From Glaucostegus cemiculus (taxonomy: Eukaryota), in contig CDPCPM010000033.1 of NCBI GenBank assembly GCA_976551045.1, positions 27,528,001-27,592,000 of the forward strand: DNA of 64,000 nucleotides, written 5' to 3'. Below are positions 50,515-62,660 of this stretch, piece by piece. Each line of letters starts with the position of its first letter. Position 1 is the first letter of the stretch. Made by a program: the position numbers and the translations under genes. The notes beneath the pieces are model-generated. The model was not told the DNA's origin. It searched no databases and saw nothing but the letters and a program-made list of their open reading frames with translations.

Positions 50515-50639
50515 CTGCAAAAGAATAAATAATAAATTCAATCTAACAGTGTCATTTGACATCTAGATCCAAGCATAAGATCCACACATAGCTTGTGAAT
50601 GTAGCCAAAGTCATAAAATTATGAGATATCTTCACAGAC

Positions 50640-50921
50640 CTTTAACTGTTACAGTAGCACTGCAACTCTCACTACCGACTTCGTTCTTAGCTTCACAAGT
50701 GTATTCGCCACTGTCTTCCACAACACCATCAAGAATTTCAAGAACTGACACATTGTTAACAAATGAGATTTGGTATTTGTCACTGGGATGAACCTGCTTG
50801 TCTTTCCTATACCATGTAACTTTAATTTCAGGTGTGCCAGTCACTTCACATTCAAATCGAGCCGAGTCACCACTTTTCAATAATTTTGATGGCTCTAGCT
50901 TCCGGGAAAATGTTGGTGGTT
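50640..50921 (-). CDS. ttn: titin Ig exon A2
   Basis: 282 nt, EPPTFSRKLEPSKLLKSG. Confidence 0.95.
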
Positions 50922-51145
50922 CTATAAAAATCAAGATGCCATGAAGAATATATTTACAAGATTTTCATACAAACTAACAAAAAAGCAAGAAAAAGCATCT
51001 ATTGTACTTTGCAATAATTAAAACTTCAACTCCTATCATTGAGAACATTGCTAAGAATATTAGAGATATTTTAATACAAAGAACATGAAACAATTGGATA
51101 CTGAATAAAATTAAGCAGAATAGACAAAAATGAAAAAATAATCAC

Positions 51146-51424
51146 CTTTAACAAAAAGATTTGTTGCACAGGAAATTGTTCCAGCATCATTGCTGATTTC
51201 ACAAATGTAATCAGCCATATCAGATGGTTTCACCGAAAAAAGCTCAAGATAGGTTGTAGAAATATCCTTCATAATGAAACAGCTGCCACCAGTCACAAGT
51301 TCTGTGTTACCCTTGAACCATTTCATTGACATTGGAGGTGTTCCATTTACAACAGCCTTAAACTTCACAGTTGTACCCGGTAGAACTTTCTCTGATGCAG
51401 GTTTGACTATAAAGCTTGGAGGCT
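51146..51424 (-). CDS. ttn: titin Ig exon F1
   Basis: 279 nt, EPPSFIVKPASEKVLPG. Confidence 0.95.
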
Positions 51425-52134
51425 CTAAAAGACATTTTAAAAAAAAGCACAATAATTCATAAAAATTAAACATATCAAGCAAGTAAGTTTCCTCACCCCT
51501 TTCTTCTCTCCCTTCTTTGAAGATGTGACACAAACTGAAGTACACTGTCATAACTCCAGAAGTCTGCTGGTACTTCAACTATTTGGGATCAGATAACTGA
51601 ATACATTCTAACATTGAAAGGGCATATCCCATAGGTTTCCCTAATGGATCAACGTTTATCTGCCAAGTAGTTAACAAGAACATACAAGGATCAATTGCTA
51701 ATTTGTGCTTAGTAAGCTGATCTCCATAGGGTAACTGCGGCATCATTATAATCAAGCAGTGAGGTTTGAGTGGAAAGAAAATTACAAAGGATGCTTACTC
51801 CCAATATTTGACTTGAATATTATGCCTATTGATATTAAATAAAGACAGGAAATAGCTCTGCAAGGATGACTCCTGCAGTTGAATATTGTGCTAATTTTCT
51901 CTATCAAGCTTCACATGAGAATTACGGCCATTGGATAGAAAACCAAAAGGTGACATAAAAATTTCCTTGGCAGAGTAACAACAGATGTCAGGAAAGCAAA
52001 AATGGCCCCAAATACTGCCAAACTGCAACATATTAATCAATGAATATGTACTTAAAATAAAAATAGTCTTGCAAAAGGAACAAAAGCTACATTAGTAAAA
52101 TGACAAATGGCAAAATTAAGTTACTTATTCAAAC

Positions 52135-52422
52135 CTTTCACGTTTAAGACTCCACTGCATTCATCACTTCCTGCAGAGTTAGTAGCTTTACAGGAGTAAG
52201 TTCCACCATCCGAAATTTCTAATCGTTTAATCGTCAAAGCAGCGGTGTTGTCTTGACATGATATTGTGTACTTATCATTGGCTGATAACTCTTTGTCATC
52301 TTTATACCAAGAAATCCCAACTGGGATAGAACCAGAGAATTTGCAATCCATGTGAAAGGTCGCACCCAAGATGCTGGTCATTTTCCTCAATTTTTTAGTG
52401 AAGGTTGGAGCAATCATACGAT
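52135..52422 (-). CDS. ttn: titin Ig exon E1
   Basis: 288 nt, DRMIAPTFTKKLRKMTSILG. Confidence 0.95.
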
Positions 52423-52520
52423 CTGTCCGAGGCAGAGCAACAAATCAATGATATTACCTGAATCAATTTAAAATATGCTTAAATTATTGCAAGAAAAGGA
52501 ATTATAAATTATATACTAAC

Positions 52521-52799
52521 CCAATACTGTAATAGAAGTTTTGCAACTGCAACTCCCCACATCATTTTTGACCTCAAAAGTATATTCACCACTATCCTCA
52601 TTTTCTACAGAAATAATCTTTAGGCTGGCAATTTTATTTAATAAACTTGTTTTATATTTTCTACTGGATATTAGCTCCTTTCCATTCTTGAACCATTTAA
52701 TTTTGAGTTCTGGTGTGCCGGCTATTACGAACTCCAAAGTTGCTGGGTCTCCGGCAGTCACACTAATTGGCTCCGCCTTCTCTATGATATTTGCTGGCT
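52521..52799 (-). CDS. ttn: titin Ig exon D1
   Basis: 279 nt, EPANIIEKAEPISVTAGDPATLEF. Confidence 0.95.
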
Positions 52800-52890
52800 C
52801 TATGGTGAAATGAAATGGTTAACATTAACAAAGCTTAGCAATGCAAAGTGCGTTGTTTCATAAACCAGACCAATACATTGTCAAACTGAC

Positions 52891-53169
52891 CTTTCACAAT
52901 TAATGTTGCTAGACACTTTTGGCTTCCTGCTTCATTTTCTGCAAGACAAGTGTACCTGCCACTGCTGTTCATTTCAACAGCAGCAATGTGAAGAGTACCA
53001 ATATTATTCTCTAAAGTCATTTTGACGTTATCACTTTCTGTGATAAGATCTTTATCTTTCAACCAAGTTAAAGTGATTGGCAGTGAGCCTTTCATGCTGC
53101 ATTGAAACACTGCTGAGCTTCCCAAAATTGCAGTAGCATTTTCAATTTTCTTCACAAATGATGGAGGTT
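52891..53169 (-). CDS. ttn: titin Ig exon C1
   Basis: 279 nt, EPPSFVKKIENATAILG. Confidence 0.95.
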
Positions 53170-53278
53170 CTAATTTAAAAGAAAGGTACAAATATTGGGT
53201 TATAGATTATCTGGTCCATCTGTTAAACCTTTACATTATTGTGACATGTTTATCTCAATTTCCATAAAGAATACTGAC

Positions 53279-53557
53279 CTTTCATCTTCACTGTTGCACC
53301 ACAGAGACACTTTCCTACTTCATTAGACACTGTGCATTGATAATCACCAACATCTGAGAACTCAAAAAGGCTAATGTGGAGATAAGCACGCATATTTTGG
53401 AAAATCATCTTGTATTTCTTACTAGATCGGATCTGCTTTCTGTCTTTGTGCCAAACAACTTCAAATGGAGTTGTACCAGCCAGCTCACATTCAAGAGTAC
53501 AATTGAATCCTTTTACCACTTCAGTGGGATCAAATGTTTTGATAAAAGAGGGAGGTT
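53279..53557 (-). CDS. ttn: titin Ig exon B1
   Basis: 279 nt, EPPSFIKTFDPTEVVKG. Confidence 0.95.
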
Positions 53558-53682
53558 CTAAAAAGGAATGCACAAAAATTCTATTTCAAACTACCTGCTT
53601 TTCAAAAAGATAAAAGAAACAAGCAATATGGATCTCTCAACAGCAGCAATGTGAAGAGTACTAATATCAACATTGTACAAAC

Positions 53683-53964
53683 CTTTGACTGTAATGATAG
53701 AGCTGCAGCTATCTGTACCAGCTTCATTTTGTGCTTCACATACATAATCCCCACTATCTTCTACATTTAGATCATTAATCTCAAGATCAGCTGAAGAATC
53801 ACTAAATGATATCTTGTATTTCTCTGAGAAATTGAGAATCTTATTGTCTTTGTACCAGGTAACACTAATTTCAGGCGATCCTTTCACTTGGCAATTCAAG
53901 TGTGCTGAATCACCTTTTTTCAACAGCAGTGATGGTTCTGGCTTTCTGATGAATGAAGGCGGTT
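53683..53964 (-). CDS. ttn: titin Ig exon A1 (I30 equivalent)
   Basis: 282 nt, EPPSFIRKPEPSLLLKKG. Confidence 0.95.
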
Positions 53965-54519
53965 CTGAAGATAAGTTTAAAGAAAAATATTAAGACATGC
54001 CAGAGTAAAGACATTTACAGAAAGAGAACTAATATCACCAAGATAATTGTTAAAGAAAAGTTGCAACACATAAGATATTACTCCTTCCTGGTAATTTGAG
54101 AAAAAATTAAATTCTTGCTTTTCAAATTTCCTCAACAACAAATCAACAGATAATAAATTAAATTATTAAAGAGTCAAAGCTATAAAGCAGCAATTATATT
54201 TTGGAGGCTGATAACATTTGTTTTCATGTTATCATGTCATCAATAGAACTCTTGATTTAGTAACTGTATCTCATTCCAAATTATTAGTTTTTCTATGTGA
54301 AATGTTTTCTGTTACAATATTGAAACAATGAGATAAGCAAAAAATAAACACAACAAATCTGCTTGCCTATCACCATCAGATGAAAGTAAGATTTCATAAA
54401 AGTGATGTGAATCTGAATCCAAATGAAAAGAATGAAACTAAATTCATAGCTGCTAGATAACTTTGCAGTCAGCTTATAAAAGTAACTGCCTAATATAGTT
54501 GATTCAAATACTACATATT

Positions 54520-54950
54520 GGTTCACCAGGTTGATTCCTGGGATGGAGTTATTGTTTTATGAGGAGAGATTATGCAATCTGGGCCTGTACCCTGCAGTTT
54601 AGAGAAATAAATAATCTCATTGAAAATTCATACTTCTTACAGGATTTGATAGGATTGATGTCAGGATGATATGTCCCTTGGTCTGGGTATCTAGAAAAAA
54701 GGGTTGCAATAAGCAGATCTGAGAAGAGAACAAATGTCTTCAACCAGAGCACCTAGGATTCTCCACTCAAGAGAGCTATGAAGGCTCAATTCATAAGTAT
54801 ATTCAGGACAGAGATAAATAATTTTTTAGATATTAAAACAATTAATAGATACAGGATTAGTACAGGAAAGCAGGACTGAGGTAAAAGATCAGCCTTTGTC
54901 ATACTGAATGATTGAGTAGGTCCAAATTTTTCCATTTCTTATATTCTTAT
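54520..54950 (+). mobile_element. CR1 LINE 3' end, decayed
   Basis: ggttcaccaggttgattcctgggatg (RFTRLIPGM) to a ttcttatattcttat tail. Confidence 0.7.
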
Positions 54951-55099
54951 TATTAGCATCCTCTTTCCTCAATATCTCTAATCATGTAATAAAAAAGGTC
55001 AATGTTACTTCTAGATGAATTTCTGTAACCCATGTCAAAATGGAAAAAGAGTGCCTAAAAACATATATGAAGACTTTGCATAAAAGATGAAACATCAAC

Positions 55100-55670
55100 C
55101 TATATATATATATATATCATATGCCTTTAACATAGTAAAATGTCCAAAGCCTTTCAGAGGACAATTACTAAACAACAAATTGAAACAAACCACAAAAGGA
55201 GATGTTAGGCTGATTACAGACAGCTTGGTCAAAAAGATGAGTTTTAACAAGTCTCCTTAAAGAGGAAAGAAAGGAAGAGAGGCAAAGAGATTTATGGACA
55301 ATTCCAAAGCTTGATAGTAAAGGCATGACCATCTAAGGTGAAGTGATTAAAACTAGGAATGCTTAACAGGTCAAAATTGAAGCTGCAAAATTATCTCAGA
55401 GGCTTGCTGAGCTCAGGGAGATAGAAGGTGTGATCAAGGGATCTGAAGTAAGATTGACAATTTCAAAATTGAAGTGTTGCTTAACCAGAAACAAGTGAGC
55501 AAAAGAGCGATAGGTGAAGGGACTGAGTGGAACTTAGGATACAGTAAAGTGTTTTGGATGACCTCAGGTTTATGGAAGGAAATACCAAGGAGTCTGGTAG
55601 GAGTCCTTTGTAAGAGTCAGGCCCAGAAGTAACAAACACAAGATGAGATATGGTTACAAAAGCATCAGAT
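55100..55670 (-). mobile_element. L2-like LINE 3' remnant with short (TA)n run
   Basis: gcctttaacatagtaaaatgtccaaagcctttcagagg resembles a reversed elasmobranch L2 tail (from recall). Confidence 0.45.
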
Positions 55671-55774
55671 GCTTCAGAAAACCTACTTTAATCATGGTGA
55701 GTCAATTAAATCACTGTATCAGAAGTACGATTGAACAAATGTAAAATACAGAAACTAAGATTAAAATATTTATA

Positions 55775-56100
55775 ACAGCAGCACAGTGACACAGCAGTTA
55801 ATGCTGCTGCCTCACAGCTCCATTGACCCAGGTTCCATCCTGACGTCCAGTACAGTCTATTTTGAGTTTGCTTTCTCTGACTGCATGGGTTTGCTCCAGG
55901 TGTTCCAGTTTCCTCCCAGAAATCCTAAAGTATGCTGGTCTATAGGTTATTTGGCTACATTAAATTACTCCAACTATGGGTAAATGCTCAAAGATTCAGG
56001 GCGAGTTGGTGGGCATATAAGAGTGGGTTACAGGGAACTAAATGTGGAAATTAATTGATGAGATTGCTCCAAAAGCCCACATGGGCCAAATGGCCTGCTT
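55775..56100 (+). mobile_element. tRNA-derived V-SINE (HE1-like)
   Basis: tRNA-like head (gcagcacagtgacacagcagtt..gctgcctcacagc..ccaggttccatcc) followed by V-domain-like gagtttgc..tgcatgggttt..tccagtttcctccca. Confidence 0.75.
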
Positions 56101-56246
56101 TTACATCATAAGAAAATATTTTAAAATATGAATAATGTAGCAAGAAATATTGGCTATAATGGAACCTTTAAAAATATTTATAGTTTTATATAGAGTAGCC
56201 ATAAAGTACTGCTTAAAAACAGCATGAGATTTACAACACTCTTTAC

Positions 56247-56810
56247 CTTTAACTGTTAATACTGCTGAGCAGGAATCACTTCCAGCTTCATTAGAAGCTA
56301 TACATACATAATTCCCGGCATCTTTCAGCTTAGCTTTCAGGACTTCCAAAACAGCTATTTTGTCTTCAAATGTAATTTTATAATATTTACTGGAATGAAG
56401 TTCTAATCCATCTTTTTTCCATGAAATTGTCACTGCTGTGTCTTCATCTACTTGACATTCAAGGCGTGCACTACTGTTAATTATAGTCTGAGTAGATTCA
56501 AGGCTCCTTGTGAAATGTGGTTTGTCAAGGACGATTAGATCAGCATGGCAGATATCAGTCCCACAGTTATTGGTCACTTTGCAAGAATAGGTTCCTTTGT
56601 TCTGTACATTCAAGTTATTAAATTCTAAAGCACGTTTGTTGCCTTTGGTTGATACTTTATAGTTCTCTTCATCTGTAATATCAATACCATTCTTCTGCCA
56701 AACTGTATGGATCACAGGCGATCCAGACACTGTACACTCAAGTTTTGCTGTTTTACCTACAAATGTTGTGACTGATTCCAGTCTGGTTACAAAGCTTGGT
56801 GGGGTAAGTT
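56247..56810 (-). CDS. ttn: titin double-Ig exon I28-I29 (human exon 51 equivalent)
   Basis: 564 nt, ELTPPSFVTRLESVTTFVGK...DKPHF...LECQVDED; gtaaag donor. Confidence 0.96.
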
Positions 56811-56904
56811 CTGCAAAATAAACATCTGGATTAAGTATTTTCATTTACTGAAGGAATTAAACCTTAAGGTAATAATCAAGAACTGGTACATTATCCCAAT
56901 TTCA

Positions 56905-57200
56905 ACCATAGAACCATAGAACAATACAGCACAATACAGGCCCTTTACCTCTCTATGTTGTGTCATCCATCAAACCACACCTCATTATCTAACCCTTTCC
57001 TCCCACATATCCCTCTATCCCACATTCCTCTATATGTCTATCCAACAATCTCTTGAACCTGTCTAACGTATCTGCCTCCACCACCACCCTAGGCAGTGCA
57101 TGCCATGCACCAACCACTCTCTGGGTGAAAAACCTCTCTCTGACATCTCCCCTGAACTTCCCACCTGTAATCTTAAAGCCATGCCCTCTTGTCTTGAAAC
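56905..57200 (-). mobile_element. CR1 LINE 3' end, relatively young
   Basis: KTRGHGFKITGGKFRGDVRERFFTQRVVGAWHALP; reversed tail ccatagaaccatagaac. Confidence 0.9.
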
Positions 57201-57519
57201 AGAAAGAAAATTGCTGATAGTGATGATGTTCTAATGCATTTGTTAGATCATTTACAGAGATTACCAAATAAAAAAATATATTTTCAATTTTATCTAGATA
57301 TCAAAACTGCTTTGAATGCCGTAGCTCTGTATTGTATTATTGTGAGATAATTAAAAGAAGACATGAAGTCAATGTTTTGGTTATATAAAGTTGAAATGAT
57401 AGAAATGGAAGGAAGATGTTTTCCTCTGGTTTAATTTCAAGTCCACACAATTTTGGAAAGTAAAATTATTCCACTAATTAGGAAACTACAGAGATCTTCT
57501 AACGTCTGAATATATGTAC

Positions 57520-58440
57520 AAACATACAAATTAGGAGTAGGAGTTGGCCACTCAGCCCCTTGAGTGTGCTCCACAATTCAATAAGATAATGATCAATCTG
57601 ACTGTAATCTCATTTTTACATCTACTTCTAACAAAAATACTCAAAGGCTCTGCTTCCACCTCCCTTTGAGGAAAAGAATTCCAAAGACTCACAACCCTCT
57701 GAGAGGAAAAAAATTCACTTCATCTCTGTCTTTATGGGCAACTCCTTGTTTTTAAACAGTAACAGCTAGTTCTAGAGTCTCCCAAAAGAAGCAATTTCCT
57801 CTCAGCAATCATACTTTGAAAACCTTATACATTTCAATCATTCCCTCTCACTCTTCTGAATTCCAGTGAATATGAGCCCAGCCTGCTCCAACCTTTTTTC
57901 CTTGTAAAACAACCTGAAAATTCTAGGTATTAGTGTAGTAAATCTTTCCTTAGTTGCTTCCAATATATTAGCACCCTTCCTTTTTTAAGGAGACCAATAA
58001 TGAATATAGTACTTCAGCTGAGATCTTACCAATGCCCCATAGAACCAAAGCAAAATATTTCTACTTTTATATTCAATTCACCTAGCAATAAACAATAACA
58101 TTGCATTCTCTTTCCTGCTTATAATACCTGCATTCTAGCCTTCGTGAGTAAAGCATTAGGACACTGAGATCCCTCTGCACCTCAGAGTTTTGCAATCCCT
58201 CACCACTCAGATAATATACTTACATTTTTTTAAATTTTTTCTGCCAAGGTATAAAATTCCACGTTTTCCCACAATATACTCCATTTGCCAGATCTTTGCA
58301 CACTCACTTAATCTATCTATAACCCCTCTGTAGATTCCTTTTGTCACTTTGTATTTACTGTCCCATCTATCTTTGTGCCATCAGCAAATTTAGCAACCAT
58401 ATTTTTGTTGCCTCCATTCAGATCACTGCTTAAATTATGA
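57520..58440 (-). mobile_element. CR1 LINE 3' portion, decayed
   Basis: reversed tail acatacaaattaggagtaggagttggccactcagcccctt; catctttgtgccatcagcaaatttagc is reversed KFAD-type RT motif. Confidence 0.75.
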
Positions 58441-58539
58441 AGTAATCATTCTGGTTTCATGAAATGTAGAGTTAAAACTATGCAAACCTTTTAAGACCAA
58501 GTTAAGTGAAACATAACAATCAAAGCATAATCTACTTAC

Positions 58540-58818
58540 CAGTCACAATCAGTTTAGCTGTGCTGCTTACACTGCCACTCTGGTTTGATGCTCTGCAAGT
58601 ATATTCTCCACAGTCAATTAGCTGTGGCTTCAAAAGTTTCAAGATGGAAATATATTTCTTGTTCACAATGTTGTATTTTTCACTATCACGAAGTTCAGCT
58701 CTGGCCCGGAACCACTGGAATCTCACATCAGGTACAGGTTCAACCTCACATTCAAACTGAGTAGCCTGTCCAACTATCACCTCCTGTGATTCAATCTTCC
58801 TTTTGAAAGCTGGAGGCA
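58540..58818 (-). CDS. ttn: titin Ig I27 exon (human exon 50 equivalent)
   Basis: 279 nt, VPPAFKRKIESQEVIVG..PDVRFQWF..DCGEYTCRASN; gtaagt donor. Confidence 0.96.
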
Positions 58819-59744
58819 CTGTAGATATAAATTTAAAACAAAATGTAAGAAGATTGCAACAACAAACTCTAATTCTTTCACCACAGAGTTTAGAAGTGGC
58901 CGACTGAAACTCAAAAATGAAGGAAGAAAGGGTGGCAGAAACTAACAATCCATGGAGTGACTGTGGAGAAGAAATGATGGTTAAAAGATGTTAGCTGACC
59001 AGTGGCTGTGCTCAATGTAGTAAATTATAACATTTCAATGCATGAAATTCAACATTTATTGACATATGTGAAGTGCATAAAAGCATGCAAGTAATTGATA
59101 CAAGATGAATTGTTTTTTTCCTGCAATAAAGTAGACGACAAAATGTGATATTAGGAGGAAAAAAAACAATATTCAGTTGTCTTCTCGTTATGAAATAGTG
59201 ATGGTGATGATAAATATCTAACACCTCCTCAAAAGTGGATATGGGGATGAAAGCAATATTGTGTTAGTAAAAACCTAAAAAGGTGGTTGATGTTAATCAG
59301 TTGTTAATATCAAAATAAAAGGGGGAAAACTGAATAATATATTCATAGTAAGTTTTTTAAACATAGAATTAAATTTAAGGACTCCTTGTTATTGGCAGTG
59401 AAAGCATATGAAGATCACATGATAAGAACTAGTTTCACATTAAGTCTTTTAAAACAATGTTATCAAGATTTAACATTTTTAGTGCATATTTTGTGAAATA
59501 AACAGATGTGGTCTTAACAGGCTTTGACGGCATTGTATATAGATACTAAATGGGTAACACAATTACTTTTTTACCATTAAAATATGATGGGAAAGAAGGA
59601 AAGGAAATGGAAGAACATAGTAGGAAAGATTGAGTTATGTTAATTTATTAGCATAAACTAAAACCAAAAGTTAACTATTTTGTTAATCAAATGGATTAGA
59701 TTCTGGAGTTCAAATTAATAAAGATTTTATCCCCATAATCCAAC

Positions 59745-62660
59745 CTCTTATTACAACTGTGAGTTTTGCAGAAGTAGTTGCTTTTCCTGCTTCATTCAGT
59801 GCCTCACAGATATATTCTCCTTGATGTTCCTCTTTCTGTACTTTGTTGATTATAAGTGAGTATGTGTCAAGATCTTGAAAACATTTGAACTCATTTTTTG
59901 AAGTAATTTTCTTCCCATTGAAATACCAGTTTAAACTTCTCACTTTTTTTATGACTGTGCTAAATGTCACTTGGCTGCCTTCATCTGCAGTGGTATCGGT
60001 AAGCCCTTTAATAATTATTGGATTGTCTTTAGTACCTTTTATTAGTGTTTTGCTTGGCATTTTCATTTGAGAAACATGAGTAGCTAAATTTTCCTCCATT
60101 TTTTCATCTCTCTTGAGAACTTTTGTCGAGGGTTCTACTAGAACAGGCAGGAAAGGGGCATCTGTGGTAATGATCATACCACTAACATCTTTTACATGAC
60201 TCATAACTTCCATTTTTCCAACTGTCTCCACAGATTTAACTTCTTGAGAAAAAGTTGCTTTCAGTTCCTTTTGTAAATCAGCTTTCAGACTTACAAGAGC
60301 ACGCTGCTCTTTTTCTTCAATTGTAAAAACTTTCTCTTTTGATTTTTGTATAGGTAGAGTTACAGATGGGAGATACTTCGGTGGCAGAGGCTCAGTTTTG
60401 ACTTCAAAATGCAAACTTTCAATTTTCATTTCAAAGGATTTAGCTTGTTCTGCTGACAGCTCTGTCTTTTTTTCTACAACCACAGCATTGCTGTATGCCT
60501 TCTCAAGTTTGCTTGGTGCAATATGAACAGCTGGTTTTTCACAGGGTAATATACCTTCTTTATGAAAAGTACTCATTGTTTCTATATAATGAGGATATAA
60601 AGTGTTTACATGTTCTCTTGTTGGTTTAATCTTAATGCTGTCCTTTACATCAGGTAACTGAGTTGTATATTCATAAGGTACCAGATGCTGCTCTTCTGAG
60701 AATAATGAATGTAGAGATGTTGGGCTCTTTCTCAGATCAGCGTTCTCTTCCTTGGGTACTTCAAAAGTAAATGATGATTCTTTGGGTAGAGTATCTTGTC
60801 CCTTAACAACTTGTAAATATAAAGGTTCCTTTTCTTTTTTCTCTGATGTCAATGAGATTGCATAATCTAACCCAAATATCATTTCAGTTTGTTCACTTTT
60901 AAGTAGTTGTTTCTCTTCTGCAGTCAACGCAGTTTTCACAAATTTATCTTTCATTAATAAAGCTTGTTGTGATTCAGATTTTGGTACTTTAAAGATAGAC
61001 TCCTTAGGGGTTGACTTCTGGCTTTCAGTAACAGATGCCAAGAATGGTTTTGGTAATTCTTTTAATGATTTTGATTCTTTTCCAGTATCTAATGGTTGTA
61101 TGCCTTTTGTAATTACATCCCCTATTTTTTTCTTCTCCATTGATACAGCTGTATAAATCTCCACTTTGCTTTCTTTTTGAATTTCACCTTTTTGTAGCTC
61201 AGGAACTTCAAACATGAACAAAGTTTCTTTAGGGGGTTCTTGAAATCCTTCAACTTTGTAAGTTGCAGTTTTTGAGCTAGAAATTAGATGTTTTTTCTGT
61301 GACATACGTGTTTCACTTGTCACTGGTTTGGGAGTTGCAGCAGGCAAATCTTTAGTATTAAAGCTGGCTTCCTTTGGAATTTCAGTCTTTTCCTCAAATG
61401 TGGATAAACAAAGGGCTTGGTTTGGCTGTGCTTCCTTGCTTGGTAACTTGAATACTGGTGGGCTTTTAATTGGTTCATAATGTTGCTCAGTAAAGCCCAG
61501 ATTCTCCTGTGTAGTTTGAGAATGCATTATCATCTGTTTCTTTCCTGAAATTGTTGATTCTGCAGCAGAGATTGTCACCTCGTGCAATATGCCTGTCTCT
61601 TCACTGTGGACAGCATGTTTATCTTCAGAGGCTATTGTATACACCAATTGATCCCTATTCTGTAACTCTGCCTGAGTATCACCAGGTAATTTTACTGTAA
61701 ATAAACGTGACTCAACAGCATGATCAGTAACAGACTTTTTGTTTGCTTTAATATGTTGCTTCTGAGCTATTTCCTGCTTTGAATGCTCAACAGCAGAAAT
61801 ATCGCTAATCACTATTAGCTCTGCAGAGCAAGTTGTATCTCCAAATGGGTTAAATGCTTTGCAGGAATACATGCCACTATCCTCCTTCTGTACATTATGA
61901 ATAGTTAATGAACCAGAGCCACTGGAGAAGTAACTCAGGTTGTACTGCACACTCTGACAAATCTGGTACTTTCCCTTATACCAAAGCACCTCTGGCATTG
62001 GTTCTCCTGTCACCACAAACTCAAATTCAGCAGGCATCCCTCTTAGGCACTGCAAAGATTTAAATTCTTTGCAAAAATGTGGTGCCTCACCCATAGATAC
62101 ATACATAGTTTCTGCTTGTTGCACCATCATAGCTTCTCTTGACAGTGACTCCTTACTTATCTTTTTTTCTGGCAGCTTTGCAACTGGAGGTTTTGCAGTT
62201 GATTTCCTAAATCCTCCCCTATCTTCCTTTGGTTTGATTTTCAGATATGCACTACATGAAATCTCGCCAAGTATATTAGTAGCTGTACAGGTATATTCTC
62301 CCTCATCCGTACATTTTGTGTAAGGTATAATTAGGCTATATTCATCCTTATCATAAACAAACTTGTAATTTGATGAAGGAGTCAATTTTTTACCATTATA
62401 AAACCACTGAATAGAGGGTTCGGGCAACCCACTAATAGTGACAGAGAATTTGGTTACATCTTCCACAACTACCTCCATACTAGAAATAGATTTGATGAAT
62501 ACTGGCACAGATTTTAAAGGCTCAGTTTTTTTATCCAATATGTTCAAAGGAACTGGAGTTTCAGGCCTGAGTTCAAATGTTTTGTCAGACACATGAAGTT
62601 CACTTGTGTAGAAATCTTCCCTCTCATCTTCAGCAGCGATGATTACAGAGCTAGAAAATT
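59745..62660 (-). CDS. ttn: titin N2B exon (I24, I25, N2B unique sequence, I26; human exon 49 equivalent)
   Basis: 2916 nt, phase 1-1; starts EFSSS as human N2B does and ends HQGEYICEALNEAGKATTSAKLTVVIR (I26). Confidence 0.96.

Noticed and set aside
4936-53964. Regularly spaced repeats as a CRISPR-like array or a somatically rearranging Ig/TCR locus
   Set aside because: The repeats are coding I-set titin domains. I saw no spacer structure, leader exons, V-set motifs or recombination signal sequences.
4925-58948. ORF-track entries as dozens of separate small Ig-protein genes
   Set aside because: ORF starts and ends run into intron sequence. Consistent phase-1 GT-AG boundaries show they are exons of one gene.
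4804-62323. Many short plus-strand ORFs overlapping Ig exons (e.g. 8624-8848, 17165-17461, 38451-38759)
   Set aside because: They are antisense shadows of titin codons. They recur only because the exons are repeats and show no independent gene structure.
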